The notes: generated by a model not told the origin, from the letters alone. Counted from the stretch's first letter, positions 19,231-29,517 are shown. The stretch: DNA of 64,000 nucleotides from an uncultured virus (IMG/VR IMGVR_UViG_3300042731_005566) (IMGVR_UViG_3300042731_005566), one strand, 5' to 3'. Program-made: numbers and translations.

Positions 19231-19938
19231 ATGAGAGAGGACATCGCACACGAAGACCTGAAACGTGCTGTGCTCGAAGCGGGCATTGAACACGCGGACG
19301 TTGCGTTGCGCGTGCTCTCGCGGATAGATGGCGATCCTGACTTCCGAGACGCTGTAGCGGCCGCGGTGATGACCAAGGACTCGCAAGCCATCGTGACGCT
19401 TGCCTACGCGCACTTTAATCCCATCCCGGAGAGGCGAAATCCTCACGGCCAGAAACTGGAGCCGGAGTTGCCCAAGCTGGTCCCGTCCGTAAGCGTGGGC
19501 CAACTTGTACAGATGCTCAACGACCGAGCAGTGCTGGTTGCCTCGAAGTTGCTGAGCGATGGTGCTATCGACGCGACGGTCATGGGCTGCGTCAAAAATC
19601 GCCTCTCAGCTATCATCGATTTGGTGCTCGGTATCCAGGACGATGGCTTCAACCGTGTCCGGTTGGAGAGCTGCAATCGGAACAACACTGTCATGATGGC
19701 GATCCGGGCGCGCATCGAGAAGGTTGCCGCACCCGTAGTGGATAAGGCACTTGCTACAATAGACTTCTCAGACCTTACCGAACGGATCGCTGTGAAGGCC
19801 CGGGCGGAAATCCGGGATGCCTACGACCGCACCGCCCGTGACTACATCAGGGAGCGTGTGAAATTGTGGGCTGAGACAAAAGCGCGGCTCGATATCGATA
19901 AGCTGTTCGCGCAAACTGAGGCCGAACTGGAAGCATAG
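19231..19938 (+). CDS. Hypothetical protein (carries shared helical module near N-terminus)
   Basis: GAGG RBS; ALRVLSRIDGDPDFRDAVAAA. Confidence 0.6.
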   Translation: MREDIAHEDLKRAVLEAGIEHADVALRVLSRIDGDPDFRDAVAAAVMTKDSQAIVTLAYAHFNPIPERRNPHGQKLEPELPKLVPSVSVGQLVQMLNDRAVLVASKLLSDGAIDATVMGCVKNRLSAIIDLVLGIQDDGFNRVRLESCNRNNTVMMAIRARIEKVAAPVVDKALATIDFSDLTERIAVKARAEIRDAYDRTARDYIRERVKLWAETKARLDIDKLFAQTEAELEA

Positions 19939-20000
19939 CCGAATTCCTGCGGCTAGCGCATGATCAACGGACCGCTAAACTTTTTTTTGAGAGGGTAGCT

Positions 20001-20336
20001 ATGAGTAAACAGATAACCAACCTGACCGACGACACGTTCGACGCCTTCCTCGATTCAGAGCTGCCCACACTCGTGGACTTCACTGCGCGATGGTGTGGTC
20101 CGTGCAAGCAGATCAAACCCATCATCGAGAAGCTGGCGCGCGAGTACGAAGGGCGAGCCCAGGTCGCAGCTGTCGATGTGGATCAGTGCGAGAAGATCAC
20201 TGACCGCTACAGAATCCAGGCAGTCCCAACGTTGTTGATCTTCCGCAAAAAGGAAGTGGTCGCGCATCTCGTAGGCCTACTGCCGAAGCAAGAGATCACC
20301 GACGAGCTGAACAAGTTTCTACCTTCTGAAGACTGA
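20001..20336 (+). CDS. trxA: Thioredoxin
   Basis: VDFTARWCGPCKQI active site, VDVD, IQAVPTLLIF. Confidence 0.95.
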   Translation: MSKQITNLTDDTFDAFLDSELPTLVDFTARWCGPCKQIKPIIEKLAREYEGRAQVAAVDVDQCEKITDRYRIQAVPTLLIFRKKEVVAHLVGLLPKQEITDELNKFLPSED

Positions 20337-20408
20337 CCGTGTAGAGTGGTATGACCCACAGGCAGGCACTGTGACTGCTTGTGGGCTATGGGAACAAAGG
20401 AGCACAAG

Positions 20409-21278
20409 ATGAGTCATCGAACCTTTGGATTGGTATTGGTAGCGACCTCGGCCTGTGGAACAGTATCAACGAATTATGATGCTGACCCTGTGGATGCACG
20501 ACACGCCGACGCAACGATCGAAGCGGACGCACTTCCCGCCGTGGACAGTTCGCCGGCAGATGCAGACAACATCGACAGCACCGTGGCAGATGCTGCGGAC
20601 CTGACTGCCATGGTGGCTGTTCCCGCAGGCGTTTTCTGGATGGGCTGCAACGTCACCAGCGACCCGTGTGCGGACCCGAACGAGTTGCCTATACACGAGG
20701 TCACACTGGGGGATTTTCTGATCGATGCTACTGAAGTCACCGAGGCCGCGTATGGAGAGTGTGCAGCGGCCAGTGTTTGTGCGATACCGTTGATCTCGGA
20801 TGGGCCAGAGAATCCAGTCCGGGGCGTTACGTGGGCGCAAGCGCAGACATACTGTGAATGGCGCGGTAAACGTTTACCCACAGAAGCAGAGTGGGAGAAG
20901 GCAGCGAGAGGAACAGACGCACGACGCTATCCTTGGGATTCAGGGGCAATCAGCTGTGACTTCGCCAACTACACCTCCTGTCAATCGCCGGTAGATCACG
21001 CTGTCGCTGTCGGTCAGTACCCAGATGGTGTGAGTCCGTACGGCGCGTACGACATGGCGGGGAATGCCGCTGAGTGGGTCCACGATTGGTACTCAGCGAC
21101 CTACTACGAAGAATCCCCGGATGCCGATCCGAAGGGCCCCGTGACCGGTACAGAGCGCGTCGTGCGCGGCGGCTCGGCGACCTCCTCCTCTCCGTATCTA
21201 CGGACTGCGGCACGCACGTCACGTGAGCCCGGCGTAGCCAGCAACGACGTCGGATTTCGTTGCGCGAAGGATGACTGA
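20409..21278 (+). CDS. Lipoprotein-like FGE-sulfatase (SUMF1/EgtB/PvdO) domain protein
   Basis: Signal-like LVLVATSAC, Asp/Ala-rich linker, FWMGC, TEVT, GKRLPTEAEWEKAARG, YPW, DMAGNAAEWVHDWY, RVVRGG and GFRCA. Confidence 0.9.
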   Translation: MSHRTFGLVLVATSACGTVSTNYDADPVDARHADATIEADALPAVDSSPADADNIDSTVADAADLTAMVAVPAGVFWMGCNVTSDPCADPNELPIHEVTLGDFLIDATEVTEAAYGECAAASVCAIPLISDGPENPVRGVTWAQAQTYCEWRGKRLPTEAEWEKAARGTDARRYPWDSGAISCDFANYTSCQSPVDHAVAVGQYPDGVSPYGAYDMAGNAAEWVHDWYSATYYEESPDADPKGPVTGTERVVRGGSATSSSPYLRTAARTSREPGVASNDVGFRCAKDD

Positions 21279-21708
21279 CTGGCACTCCGGCCGATCAAGG
21301 AAGAATCGTATGAAGTTCGCTTTCGATATCGGAGGGGTCATTTCCAAGTACCCTGACGTTTTCTACGAATTGATGCTGGCCCTGCTGGTAGCTGGTCACG
21401 AGGTTCACGTCATCACTGACATGCACGACAAAGTCCACTCATTGGACATGTTGAGCAAGAACGGGTTCAGTTTCATCCCTTCACGTATGGTCCACAACGC
21501 CAACTACACAGAGCATGGTGAACTGTGCAAAGCGGTGCTCTTGAAGGAGTTGGAGATCGATATGTTCTTCGACGACTTCCCTGGGTACTTGACGGAGGGC
21601 TGCCCTGTGCGTTGCCAAGTTCTCCCAGATCCAAGACGCCCTTACTACGCACCCTCCTGGAAAACGGACGGGTCGGAGGGGAATTTCGGTAGGAGAACTC
21701 CGAAATGA
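21271..21708 (+). CDS. HAD-superfamily-like protein
   Basis: FAFDIGGVI motif I variant, ITD, K and FFDD motifs. Confidence 0.6.
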   Translation: MTDWHSGRSRKNRMKFAFDIGGVISKYPDVFYELMLALLVAGHEVHVITDMHDKVHSLDMLSKNGFSFIPSRMVHNANYTEHGELCKAVLLKELEIDMFFDDFPGYLTEGCPVRCQVLPDPRRPYYAPSWKTDGSEGNFGRRTPK

Positions 21709-21888
21709 TCGAGGTCATTATCGCTCTCGCAACGCTTGGTGTTGCCTTCGCAGTCGCGGCCTTCAACGTGCTTCGTCAGAAGAAACCGCAACAGAAGCCC
21801 GTGTCGAAGAAGGTCCCGCAGGTAGTTCATCAAAGCAACGAAGAGCTACTACGATGATTCGCTCCCACGTGAAAGGTTGGAAACACTG

Positions 21889-22122
21889 ATGGCTTACTTC
21901 ATTCTCCACAGCAGCGAAGATGGCTTCCACACCGAGGAGGTATCGAAAGAGGAGTTGTTGGAGCGGGTATCGGACCCGGACTACTACGGGCGTGTAGAGA
22001 TTTGCACCGAAATGCCGGAGAAGTCAGATCCCAACTACTGGGGCAGCAAGCTCGTCATCATCAAGGGTAAAGTGGTCGTACCGCATGCCAAGAAAGTCGT
22101 GACCGAGTACGAGGTGGACTGA
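21889..22122 (+). CDS. Hypothetical protein
   Basis: Acidic 77-aa ORF with phage-like codon use. Confidence 0.55.
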   Translation: MAYFILHSSEDGFHTEEVSKEELLERVSDPDYYGRVEICTEMPEKSDPNYWGSKLVIIKGKVVVPHAKKVVTEYEVD

Positions 22123-22158
22123 TCACTGGGCTGTGTCACGGTCGGAGACAAGCACGCA

Positions 22159-22551
22159 GTGGGGAGGTATGTGATGGTCAATGACCCGGAAGACCAACGT
22201 GTCCGTAAAGAAATGCGCCGACGCGTAGCGTCGATGCGCATCCCCTCACTGGAACAGCGTGTACGAGAACTCGAAGAGTTCGTCGCCCGTTGGCTTTCGA
22301 CGACGGAACCTCGGGGGGAAGTGGTGAGTTTCTGCGTGGCAAGAGGAGACATAATGGAAGACGCACGCATGTCAGATCGAAACTGGGAAGCCTTGTTGCT
22401 TGCGACGCTGGAGCGTGCCCGAAGGCACTTTCCGTCCGGCCCTTTCGAGAAGGAGGACCTGGAGAAGATGTCTACCACCGAGCGCAGGCAAGCCGCACTT
22501 GGGGCGGACATCGACAACATCCTATCAATAGCCGATGAGCGCGCCGCGTAA
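22159..22551 (+). CDS. Hypothetical protein
   Basis: ORF in the co-oriented block; start uncertain. Confidence 0.45.
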   Translation: MGRYVMVNDPEDQRVRKEMRRRVASMRIPSLEQRVRELEEFVARWLSTTEPRGEVVSFCVARGDIMEDARMSDRNWEALLLATLERARRHFPSGPFEKEDLEKMSTTERRQAALGADIDNILSIADERAA

Positions 22552-22750
22552 AATCACGGTCACGATGACCTCCAAGGTGAGGCGCGGGCTCAAAATGCTG
22601 CTTCACCCGTTGGTCGTTGACGGTCTCGATTGTGCTGTCAGCCGCGACGAATTGCTCGACTTTGGCATTACCCAACGCATGCTCGACGACGCACGATCAG
22701 CAGCAGCATGGATTCGCGCACTGCCCACCGCCGAGGTAGCCGATGACTGA
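22535..22750 (+). CDS. Hypothetical protein
   Basis: Overlapping coupled ORF. Confidence 0.5.
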   Translation: MSAPRKITVTMTSKVRRGLKMLLHPLVVDGLDCAVSRDELLDFGITQRMLDDARSAAAWIRALPTAEVADD

Positions 22751-22757
22751 TGTGAAG

Positions 22758-22804
22758 AAGCTGGCGGAAGCCACCGTTACCAAGCTGGCGGAAGCCACCG
22801 TTAC
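22758..22804 (+). repeat. Tandem duplication, 24-nt period (AAGCTGGCGGAAGCCACCGTTAC x2)
   Basis: Read directly from the sequence. Confidence 0.9.
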
Positions 22805-22908
22805 GTGAGGCGGCTTCGCGCCCGCGTCGAGGAGTTGGAGAGGACGCTTAGGATCGAGGAGGAGCGAGAAGAAGCCACTCCCTGAGCGAGATTAGAGCAG
22901 TACACAGG

Positions 22909-22959
22909 TTATCCACAGGGACAATAGTGGTTGTGGTGCGGCGCCTAGATCAGTATAAC
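22909..22959 (+). promoter_or_regulatory. Single DnaA-box-like 9-mer upstream of a sigma70-like promoter
   Basis: TTATCCACA at 22909-22917; TTGTGG-17 nt-TATAAC at 22931-22959. Confidence 0.35.
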
Positions 22960-23009
22960 CCTAGGGCGCGCTACAGAAGACCGAGGTCGTAGAGCGCGAG
23001 AGACACAAA

Positions 23010-23402
23010 ATGAAAACTACGGCACTAGCTGCGTTGCTCGACGAATTCCATCGATTCGGAACGCCCTCGCACCCGGATCAACAGATTTGCTGCTGCAACG
23101 AACGTGACATCGAGCTAGCGCGTGCAGAACTCGACGAAATCCAGGCCTATGCCGATCTGCCGTGCTACCTGTGTGCCGTTCCCGGAAAGGACGAACGCTG
23201 TCGGACATCTGTGTGCGCGAACTGCGGGCACAAGCTACTGGTCGAGCGCGATCAGCTGCGGGCCGAGAACAGAAAGCTCAAGCTGGAACGAGCCATCGCG
23301 ATAGCCGAGCTACATTACGCCAACGCAGTTACTGGCGATGAGGAGGATCGATGGCTCGCCGAGTGCGACCGTTTGCATGATTGCTTGAGGGAAGAAACGT
23401 AA
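23010..23402 (+). CDS. Hypothetical Cys-containing protein
   Basis: CxxC pairs with a coiled-coil tail. Confidence 0.55.
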   Translation: MKTTALAALLDEFHRFGTPSHPDQQICCCNERDIELARAELDEIQAYADLPCYLCAVPGKDERCRTSVCANCGHKLLVERDQLRAENRKLKLERAIAIAELHYANAVTGDEEDRWLAECDRLHDCLREET

Positions 23403-23590
23403 TGAACCCGATGACGGTAAAAGAGCTAATCAAAGCACTCGAAAACGCGGCTGAAGACATGACTGTGTGGACTACGTGCATTAGCTACTCTGGCAAAGTA
23501 GCTGATAGTCCAGTGCTGAAGGTCGAAGCCGTGGAAGACGGATTGCGTCGCGTCTACTTGCGCATCGAGGACTGGTAGAAAGGAACGGCC

Positions 23591-23887
23591 ATGAGTGGAG
23601 GAGACGACTTCCGAACGCAGTACCGCGATCTAGGTATGGGCGAACCCCGCGAACGTGAGGCTCCTGAGGAAGCCCCCAAGCACACTATCCTGCGGCTCAC
23701 TCAGCAGTACGGAGTTCGCAAGGTCGAGGTGTGGGTGAAGCAAGCGGCCAAGAAGGTAGAAGCGGAGGCGCGCAGTCAAAAGGAGCAGCATCGCCGCGAG
23801 GAAATCAGGCGCCTTCAGGCTGTGGCAGATCAGGGTGAGAAGGCCAAGAAGCGCATCCGCGAATTGGAGAGAGAGAGTGATGCCTGA
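23591..23887 (+). CDS. Coiled-coil hypothetical protein
   Basis: AAAGGA RBS. Confidence 0.6.
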   Translation: MSGGDDFRTQYRDLGMGEPREREAPEEAPKHTILRLTQQYGVRKVEVWVKQAAKKVEAEARSQKEQHRREEIRRLQAVADQGEKAKKRIRELERESDA

Positions 23888-24539
23888 TAGAGAGTGGAGA
23901 GTGGATCTCAATCATCCACCGCACAGCATCAGGAAGCCCGATCCAACACCGCATGATGCAGTTTGTTTGTTCGATCTCGACGGCACGCTCGCGGACTACG
24001 ATGCAGCGATGGGTCAACAGATGCAGCGTTTGTGCTCGGAGGCCGAGGTTGCAGTACTCAGAAGCGGCGAGCTGAAGGATTCCTGGTGGCACGCTACTAC
24101 ACCGTGGATGAGCGCGCGGCGAAAGCTCATCAAGGCCCAGCCGGGGTTCTGGCGCAACCTTCAACCTGTCAAACGTGGCTTCGACGTCCTGGAAGTCGCT
24201 CGCGAGCTGAGCTTCGAGAACCACGCGCTGACCAAGGGGCCCACCAACGCGGCCGCGTGGATGGAGAAGGTAGAGTGGTGCCAAGAGCACACGCCCGATC
24301 TACACATCACCATCGGGCAGAAAAAGTCACTGGTCTACGGCAAGGTGCTCGTCGATGACTGGCCGGCGTACTTCCTGCCCTGGCTCGAAGTGCGACCGCG
24401 TGGACTGGTCGTCGCGATCAAGCAACCGTGGAACGCCGACGTCAAGCATCCGAACCTGGTTATCTACGACGGTACCAACCTCGACCAGGTTCGTGAGCGC
24501 ATGTTCAAGGCTCGCGCCTCAGCGCAGAGAAAAGATTAG
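23880..24539 (+). CDS. 5'(3')-deoxyribonucleotidase-like HAD phosphatase (NT5C family)
   Basis: LFDLDGTLADY, GFWRNLQP, AWMEKVEWC, KSLVYGKVLVDD and QPWN. Confidence 0.85.
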   Translation: MPDREWRVDLNHPPHSIRKPDPTPHDAVCLFDLDGTLADYDAAMGQQMQRLCSEAEVAVLRSGELKDSWWHATTPWMSARRKLIKAQPGFWRNLQPVKRGFDVLEVARELSFENHALTKGPTNAAAWMEKVEWCQEHTPDLHITIGQKKSLVYGKVLVDDWPAYFLPWLEVRPRGLVVAIKQPWNADVKHPNLVIYDGTNLDQVRERMFKARASAQRKD

Positions 24540-24560
24540 AAGGCGGAAAGGACGGAGAAA

Positions 24561-24884
24561 ATGAAGAAGCTAGCGTTTTGGGTGATTACGTTCACCCTGG
24601 TGATGTCTTGCAAGATGGGCAGTGGAGATGCTCCTGGCCATGCCCGAGAATGGGCTCAGAAACACTACGCTGGTGAGTTCAGCGACGTGGAGTGTCAGTC
24701 GTCAGACAGTGATGACGATGGTTACGTGTCCTGCACCGTCTTCTTCAAGAAGCAGGAAGCCTCGGCTAGCCGTTCACCGGATCCAATCGCCATCGAGTGC
24801 GCCCACGGTCATGGCAACTTTTTCAAGTGCAACAAGCAGACAGGCTGTCGGATGGCGACTGGCAAAGGTGTTCGGAGGAAGTGA
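24561..24884 (+). CDS. Cys-rich lipoprotein
   Basis: MKK-hydrophobic-LVMSC lipobox; SDSDDDGYVSC. Confidence 0.65.
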   Translation: MKKLAFWVITFTLVMSCKMGSGDAPGHAREWAQKHYAGEFSDVECQSSDSDDDGYVSCTVFFKKQEASASRSPDPIAIECAHGHGNFFKCNKQTGCRMATGKGVRRK

Positions 24885-25022
24885 TGGGGTTCAAGAGTCG
24901 AAAGCATGGACCTAGGAGATCCCCTCCGTATGTCTTGTGGGCTCGCTTGCGATCACGTCGAAGGCGGGACCGGAAGCGAAGTTGCGCATCCGTAGGGACG
25001 ATGGGAGCGCCTTACGCCTCCC

Positions 25023-25919
25023 TTGAGTTGGAGGAGGCGTGAGCAGCGAACATGCCGTGACGGAGCTACAGTGATTCGCCGTATCGACATACCACCCGAC
25101 GCCGTCGTGTTCATTCACAGCGCATCCAAGAGCCAACTCCCACGGGATCACTGGTTCTGTATAGAGTGCCGCAAGCCGCCGAACATTATGGAGCTACGCA
25201 CGTCGGGGGTAATCTATGACAGGGAAGCGGTCGATAAGATCGCCGCAGCCGCAGACGCTCGTGACTGGAAGACTGTATTCGCTGTCGCGGCGACTCGATC
25301 GCAGATCTACAACCTCAATCAATGGCCTAAGTCGGGGCTGAATCTAACGGCCGCGTTTCACAACACACATATCGAGGACGGTATTCTTTACTATCGTCCG
25401 GTTCGCCCGGTTCCTGACCCTACGCCACGCCCTCCGCGTCGTCCACGAATTGGCGCGTGGACGTCCTTTAGTGAAGCGGTACGGAGAATCCGCGAGATTA
25501 TGGGCGTCGAGCTGACGGTCGAGCTGACGGTCGCGCGGCACCGTGCTGCACTGGAAGATGCTGGGGTCCTCAAAGTGATGTGGCGTGGCAAGGCGCGCCG
25601 GTGTCGTATCATCTCAACAGACAAAACGAAGATTCAGGCAGCGATTGACAGTGCGCCAGCCCTCCCAGACCCTGAGCTTCAAAAGGCAGCTCTTCGTCGC
25701 ATCGAAAAGTCGATCGCGGGCATCCGCGCTGACCCGCAAGGCGACTTGGCGTGCGCTACAGCCGAGATACTGTCGAGTAGACCGTCTGTGTGCGATCCAG
25801 TTTTTCACCCGCCCGTCGATGTGCCCTCACTTGACAGATACGAAGCGGCTCACTGGCCGGAGATACGTCCTGGCACTGCTCACTGGTTTCTCGACGGAGA
25901 ACCACAAAGGGGCTACTGA
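25023..25919 (+). CDS. Hypothetical protein
   Basis: Long ORF; start uncertain. Confidence 0.55.
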   Translation: MSWRRREQRTCRDGATVIRRIDIPPDAVVFIHSASKSQLPRDHWFCIECRKPPNIMELRTSGVIYDREAVDKIAAAADARDWKTVFAVAATRSQIYNLNQWPKSGLNLTAAFHNTHIEDGILYYRPVRPVPDPTPRPPRRPRIGAWTSFSEAVRRIREIMGVELTVELTVARHRAALEDAGVLKVMWRGKARRCRIISTDKTKIQAAIDSAPALPDPELQKAALRRIEKSIAGIRADPQGDLACATAEILSSRPSVCDPVFHPPVDVPSLDRYEAAHWPEIRPGTAHWFLDGEPQRGY

Positions 25920-26149
25920 CTACAACAAGGAGACAATGTGGCGATGACAGCGTTTTGCAAGTGTGCCGTTTGCGGCGATACGTGGGATGACGCTAAGGGT
26001 GAACACATCTGTTGTGGAAGGAAGAAGCCATCCGCCTGCAAGGACTGCGCACTGACAACAGTGTGTGTGATTCTGCAAGCCGTTCCTCGCGCAGCTACTG
26101 TAGAGATCACGGAGTGTAGCGCGCGCATTCCGTGGTCAGCGGTGCGATA

Positions 26150-26395
26150 ATGGAACGCAACACAGCTGCGACAAACGTCGATGGGTTGCCAGTAATTCAG
26201 AGCCCGGTCGTGCGCGAGTTTCTCGACGCGCTCGAAGCGATCTATCGACCGAACCTGAACTACCTGGCGCTCGAACCCGATACGGCGCTCAACAAAGACG
26301 GGTTGCGGCTCAAGCGTGCCTATTTGGCGCTGCGTGAGTGTCGTGTGTGTCACGACCTACGCGATGTTGTTCCTGAAGCGCGGGTGGAGAAGTAA
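26150..26395 (+). CDS. Hypothetical protein
   Basis: TAATG overlaps with neighbours. Confidence 0.5.
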   Translation: MERNTAATNVDGLPVIQSPVVREFLDALEAIYRPNLNYLALEPDTALNKDGLRLKRAYLALRECRVCHDLRDVVPEARVEK

Positions 26396-26787
26396 TGGGT
26401 AGCAAGCCGAGACAGGAACGCGTTCTGGTCAGGTCCGCGATCCCGCCATGTCATGGCCACAACTACCACGTGTTTGGACTCGGTGAGTCCAAATGCAGTG
26501 TGTGTGGTTGGAATCGCGATACGTACTACGAGCTGCTTCTCAATCAGCATAAGACCTGCCCGCACTGTGGCGAGACGTGGAACGACTGCCTGACCGATCA
26601 CTACTGTCAATCGCTACTCGGCGTTGTTCACCGCGTTGTCGAAAACAAAGAGTGGGATCCGGCTGGCCAAACGTTACGTCTCGCAGAGGCGCTTTTGCGT
26701 ATCGAACAGCTTGCGCGCGAGCACGATCCGTTCAGTGCTGATGGTGAGCTGGCTCGCAACATTCTTGACGTCTTGGAGGCACGGTGA
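26395..26787 (+). CDS. Zn-binding hypothetical protein
   Basis: CSVC and CPHC motifs. Confidence 0.55.
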   Translation: MGSKPRQERVLVRSAIPPCHGHNYHVFGLGESKCSVCGWNRDTYYELLLNQHKTCPHCGETWNDCLTDHYCQSLLGVVHRVVENKEWDPAGQTLRLAEALLRIEQLAREHDPFSADGELARNILDVLEAR

Positions 26788-27047
26788 GACTGAGCACGCC
26801 GAATATGTCGGACGGTGATTACGTTCTTCGTATCCACCCCATGGACGATAATCTTCGGGGCTACTGCGAGTGTTGCGGGACATGGGTAAGGCAAAATGAC
26901 TCGGAGATCTCGGCGTGTCCTATGCGCTGGCTGAGCGAGCATGGCATGGAATGGCGGTGCAAGTGCCGTGAGGAGATTAGAAAAAACCGCCCGCGCACGG
27001 AAGCGGAACTTCGTGCCATCCACACCAGATTGCGGAGCCAACCGTAG
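26784..27047 (+). CDS. Hypothetical protein
   Basis: GGAGG RBS; GTGA overlap. Confidence 0.5.
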   Translation: MRLSTPNMSDGDYVLRIHPMDDNLRGYCECCGTWVRQNDSEISACPMRWLSEHGMEWRCKCREEIRKNRPRTEAELRAIHTRLRSQP

Positions 27048-27067
27048 ACGGCAGGAGACGGCCAGCG

Positions 27068-27373
27068 ATGAGACCTACCCGTGACTGGCGCGAGATCGAC
27101 AAAGCCACAGCTCGTTTTCTGCACCGTCACGGCGTTCGCACGAAGAAGGTCTTGTCAGAGGATCAAACACGTGTAGTTCACCTCGTGGCACCCTGGGCAG
27201 ACGATGTCTGGCGACGTTTGCGCCGTCACCGTCACGGCGATTACCTACCAGGAGTTTTTCGCCGTGCGTTACGACGCGCAGTGCACGACAGCGAATTCCG
27301 TCAGGCGCTGCATGCAGCTTGTGACATCTACATGGAACGCAAGTTCCTCAGGGATCAGGAATTCAATGGCTGA
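27068..27373 (+). CDS. Hypothetical protein (shared helical module at C-terminus)
   Basis: AGGAG RBS; RRALRRAVHDSEFRQALHAA. Confidence 0.6.
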   Translation: MRPTRDWREIDKATARFLHRHGVRTKKVLSEDQTRVVHLVAPWADDVWRRLRRHRHGDYLPGVFRRALRRAVHDSEFRQALHAACDIYMERKFLRDQEFNG

Positions 27374-27632
27374 AGTCGATCGTGGGCTAGCGATGAGACA
27401 AAACATCTACACAGTAGAAGTTCAAGATAGTAGCGGCAAGTGGCATCCAGGTCCCACATTCAACGGTCTGGATTGCCTTACTGGCTATGTCGGTGGTCAT
27501 TTTACTGGCAGCTACGAGCGCGCTAAACAGCACGCGGTCAACATAGCTAGGCTAAGAAAACCTGACACCACGCGTATCTGCCACTACCGGCAAAAGCGGG
27601 TAGAGAAAATATAAACCACCAAGGAGAACGAC

Positions 27633-27824
27633 ATGCCCAACAAGCTGCTGCTATTCGAGCTGGATGGCGACGACGAAACCCAGATTCCCTACCTCGTGCC
27701 GGCTGAGAACTGGCGAGAAGCCTGTGAGCAGCTCTCTGGCATAGGTGCACACACCCGGCTCGTGAACGCGCTCGAAGCACTCGGCATCGAGGTGTTTACT
27801 CAGGACAAGCCAGATGAAAACTGA
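27633..27824 (+). CDS. Small acidic hypothetical protein
   Basis: AAGGAG RBS. Confidence 0.6.
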   Translation: MPNKLLLFELDGDDETQIPYLVPAENWREACEQLSGIGAHTRLVNALEALGIEVFTQDKPDEN

Positions 27825-28509
27825 GCTGATTGACAACATCCTCGACGGCTACGCTGAGATCATTCGCGACCTGCTCGACAGCCCTGATCGACTGCGATTC
27901 GAGCGCATCACGCGCATTGCCAAGCTCGCGCATGCGCTGCATCAGCAAACCGCAATGCGCGTCGGCGAAATGGCAATTGACTACGAGGCTGGTGTGGTTC
28001 ACTACGCTGAAGACGGCGCCAACTACGTGCTTGGTGGTGGTGACCACACAACAAACCAGGCTGACGTAATCCGTGAAGTCGTTGGTGCGTTTCATCCGGT
28101 CATCCGCCTCTACATGGAGCGTGAGCAGGAGACGCGGCTACGTAAGCTCTTCGACCTGCGTGCACTGATGGAAGAGGCTGATCAAGACATCTCAGTTATT
28201 GACGAGCGGATCGCCAAGCTAACAGCCGATCTACAGAAGGAGAACAGTCATGCACATTCCGGTGTGGTACATCCCGAGCTTCTACGGGGACATCCGAGTG
28301 GAGCCGACGGGCCCGGAGAGCTGCAAGGTGATCGCAGAGAATCTGAGCGTCCAGGAAATGGCAGCGCTGGACCGGCTGCGGAAGACAGCTACGAAGAAGG
28401 GTTGGCTTGCTGCGACGGAGAGGCTGGACTGGACGGGCACGACGATGGTGGGAGCACCCATCGACAAGGTTGCCGGCGTCATTGCACGTTTCCTGAAACC
28501 GGAGCGTAA
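27814..28509 (+). CDS. Hypothetical protein (tail overlaps next gene by 260 nt)
   Basis: Helical N-terminal ~145 aa; the C-terminal part reads like out-of-frame sequence. Confidence 0.55.
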   Translation: MKTELIDNILDGYAEIIRDLLDSPDRLRFERITRIAKLAHALHQQTAMRVGEMAIDYEAGVVHYAEDGANYVLGGGDHTTNQADVIREVVGAFHPVIRLYMEREQETRLRKLFDLRALMEEADQDISVIDERIAKLTADLQKENSHAHSGVVHPELLRGHPSGADGPGELQGDRRESERPGNGSAGPAAEDSYEEGLACCDGEAGLDGHDDGGSTHRQGCRRHCTFPETGA

Positions 28510-29173
28510 GGTCATCTCTGCGGTCAAGTTCTCCGACGGCACCATCGAAGAGATTCGCACCGCAGACTTCGAGGACGAGTCACCCAAGGACGAGGCCAAT
28601 AGCGGTCCGTACCGCGAGCCGGTAACACCAGACAAGATCATCCCGGCGAGGAAACCGGAGGCTGCGACCAGCATTGCCGCACCGACGCGTGGTTGTCCAT
28701 TTCCTGACTTCGAGAACGCTGAAATTCAGGCCCGCCGCGTGTTGACCGCGTTCCTCGACGCGGGCCAGCTCGAAGACTTCCGGCGCTACCAACGCTTCCT
28801 CAGTGTCGGCCAGACGACAGGACATCGCTACCTCATCACGAGCCGTCATGCGAACGACGAGTTGGCCCTGCGACGTACCGTACTCTACGACGTGGATGAC
28901 TCGCGGTCGGTCTGCACCCACGATTGGGATATCCCAGCCGCGGAGGAGATGCTCGCGCTACACATCTACCTCCAAATTCCCGGCGGCGAGCGGTTCCTGC
29001 GTTCGTTCCCAGGCGACGTTTTGTGGGACGGCGAAATCTACGACATCGACGGCGCGGTCATTTACCAGGACCCCGGAGTACGCGTCACCTACTACGAAGA
29101 TGAGCCTGCTGAGACCGTGTCAGTTGCAGTCCGGCGCGCTGTCAACCAAATCCTGCACAAGAGTGAGAAGTGA
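28250..29173 (+). CDS. Hypothetical protein
   Basis: AAGGAG RBS; strong GC3 coding frame; VCTHDWDIPAAEEMLAL. Confidence 0.65.
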   Translation: MHIPVWYIPSFYGDIRVEPTGPESCKVIAENLSVQEMAALDRLRKTATKKGWLAATERLDWTGTTMVGAPIDKVAGVIARFLKPERKVISAVKFSDGTIEEIRTADFEDESPKDEANSGPYREPVTPDKIIPARKPEAATSIAAPTRGCPFPDFENAEIQARRVLTAFLDAGQLEDFRRYQRFLSVGQTTGHRYLITSRHANDELALRRTVLYDVDDSRSVCTHDWDIPAAEEMLALHIYLQIPGGERFLRSFPGDVLWDGEIYDIDGAVIYQDPGVRVTYYEDEPAETVSVAVRRAVNQILHKSEK

Positions 29174-29174
29174 A

Positions 29175-29516
29175 ATGCAGTACACAAAAGAAGATGTAGC
29201 CAAATGGCTCGCCGATCATATCGAGCGTCGTGAGAATCCCCCGCTCGCTGAGACGCTCCAGCAGATCCACGAGCGGACCAAGGACAACACACCGCTTCAG
29301 AGCCGCGTGAAGATCTTCCTGCACCGCGTGGACAACTTCGCGGTCCCGCTCACTGAAGCATTCGAGGGCTACAGCCACACTGACAGGCTGTACGCCTACC
29401 ATCTCGTCAAGGGCTGGTGCTCGACCTTGGTTGGCTGGGACGCGCCATCGAGTGAGTACGTCGAGGGTGGATTCGACGTCCTCATGGACTGGGTCATCGA
29501 CCGCTTGGGTGTTTGA
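29175..29516 (+). CDS. Hypothetical protein
   Basis: Start at MQYTK, 1 nt after the previous stop. Confidence 0.55.
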   Translation: MQYTKEDVAKWLADHIERRENPPLAETLQQIHERTKDNTPLQSRVKIFLHRVDNFAVPLTEAFEGYSHTDRLYAYHLVKGWCSTLVGWDAPSSEYVEGGFDVLMDWVIDRLGV

Positions 29517-29517
29517 G

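Noticed and set aside
19950..19990. Intrinsic terminator before trxA (T8 run)
   Set aside because: The preceding stem (TAGCG/CGCTA with a long loop) is weak
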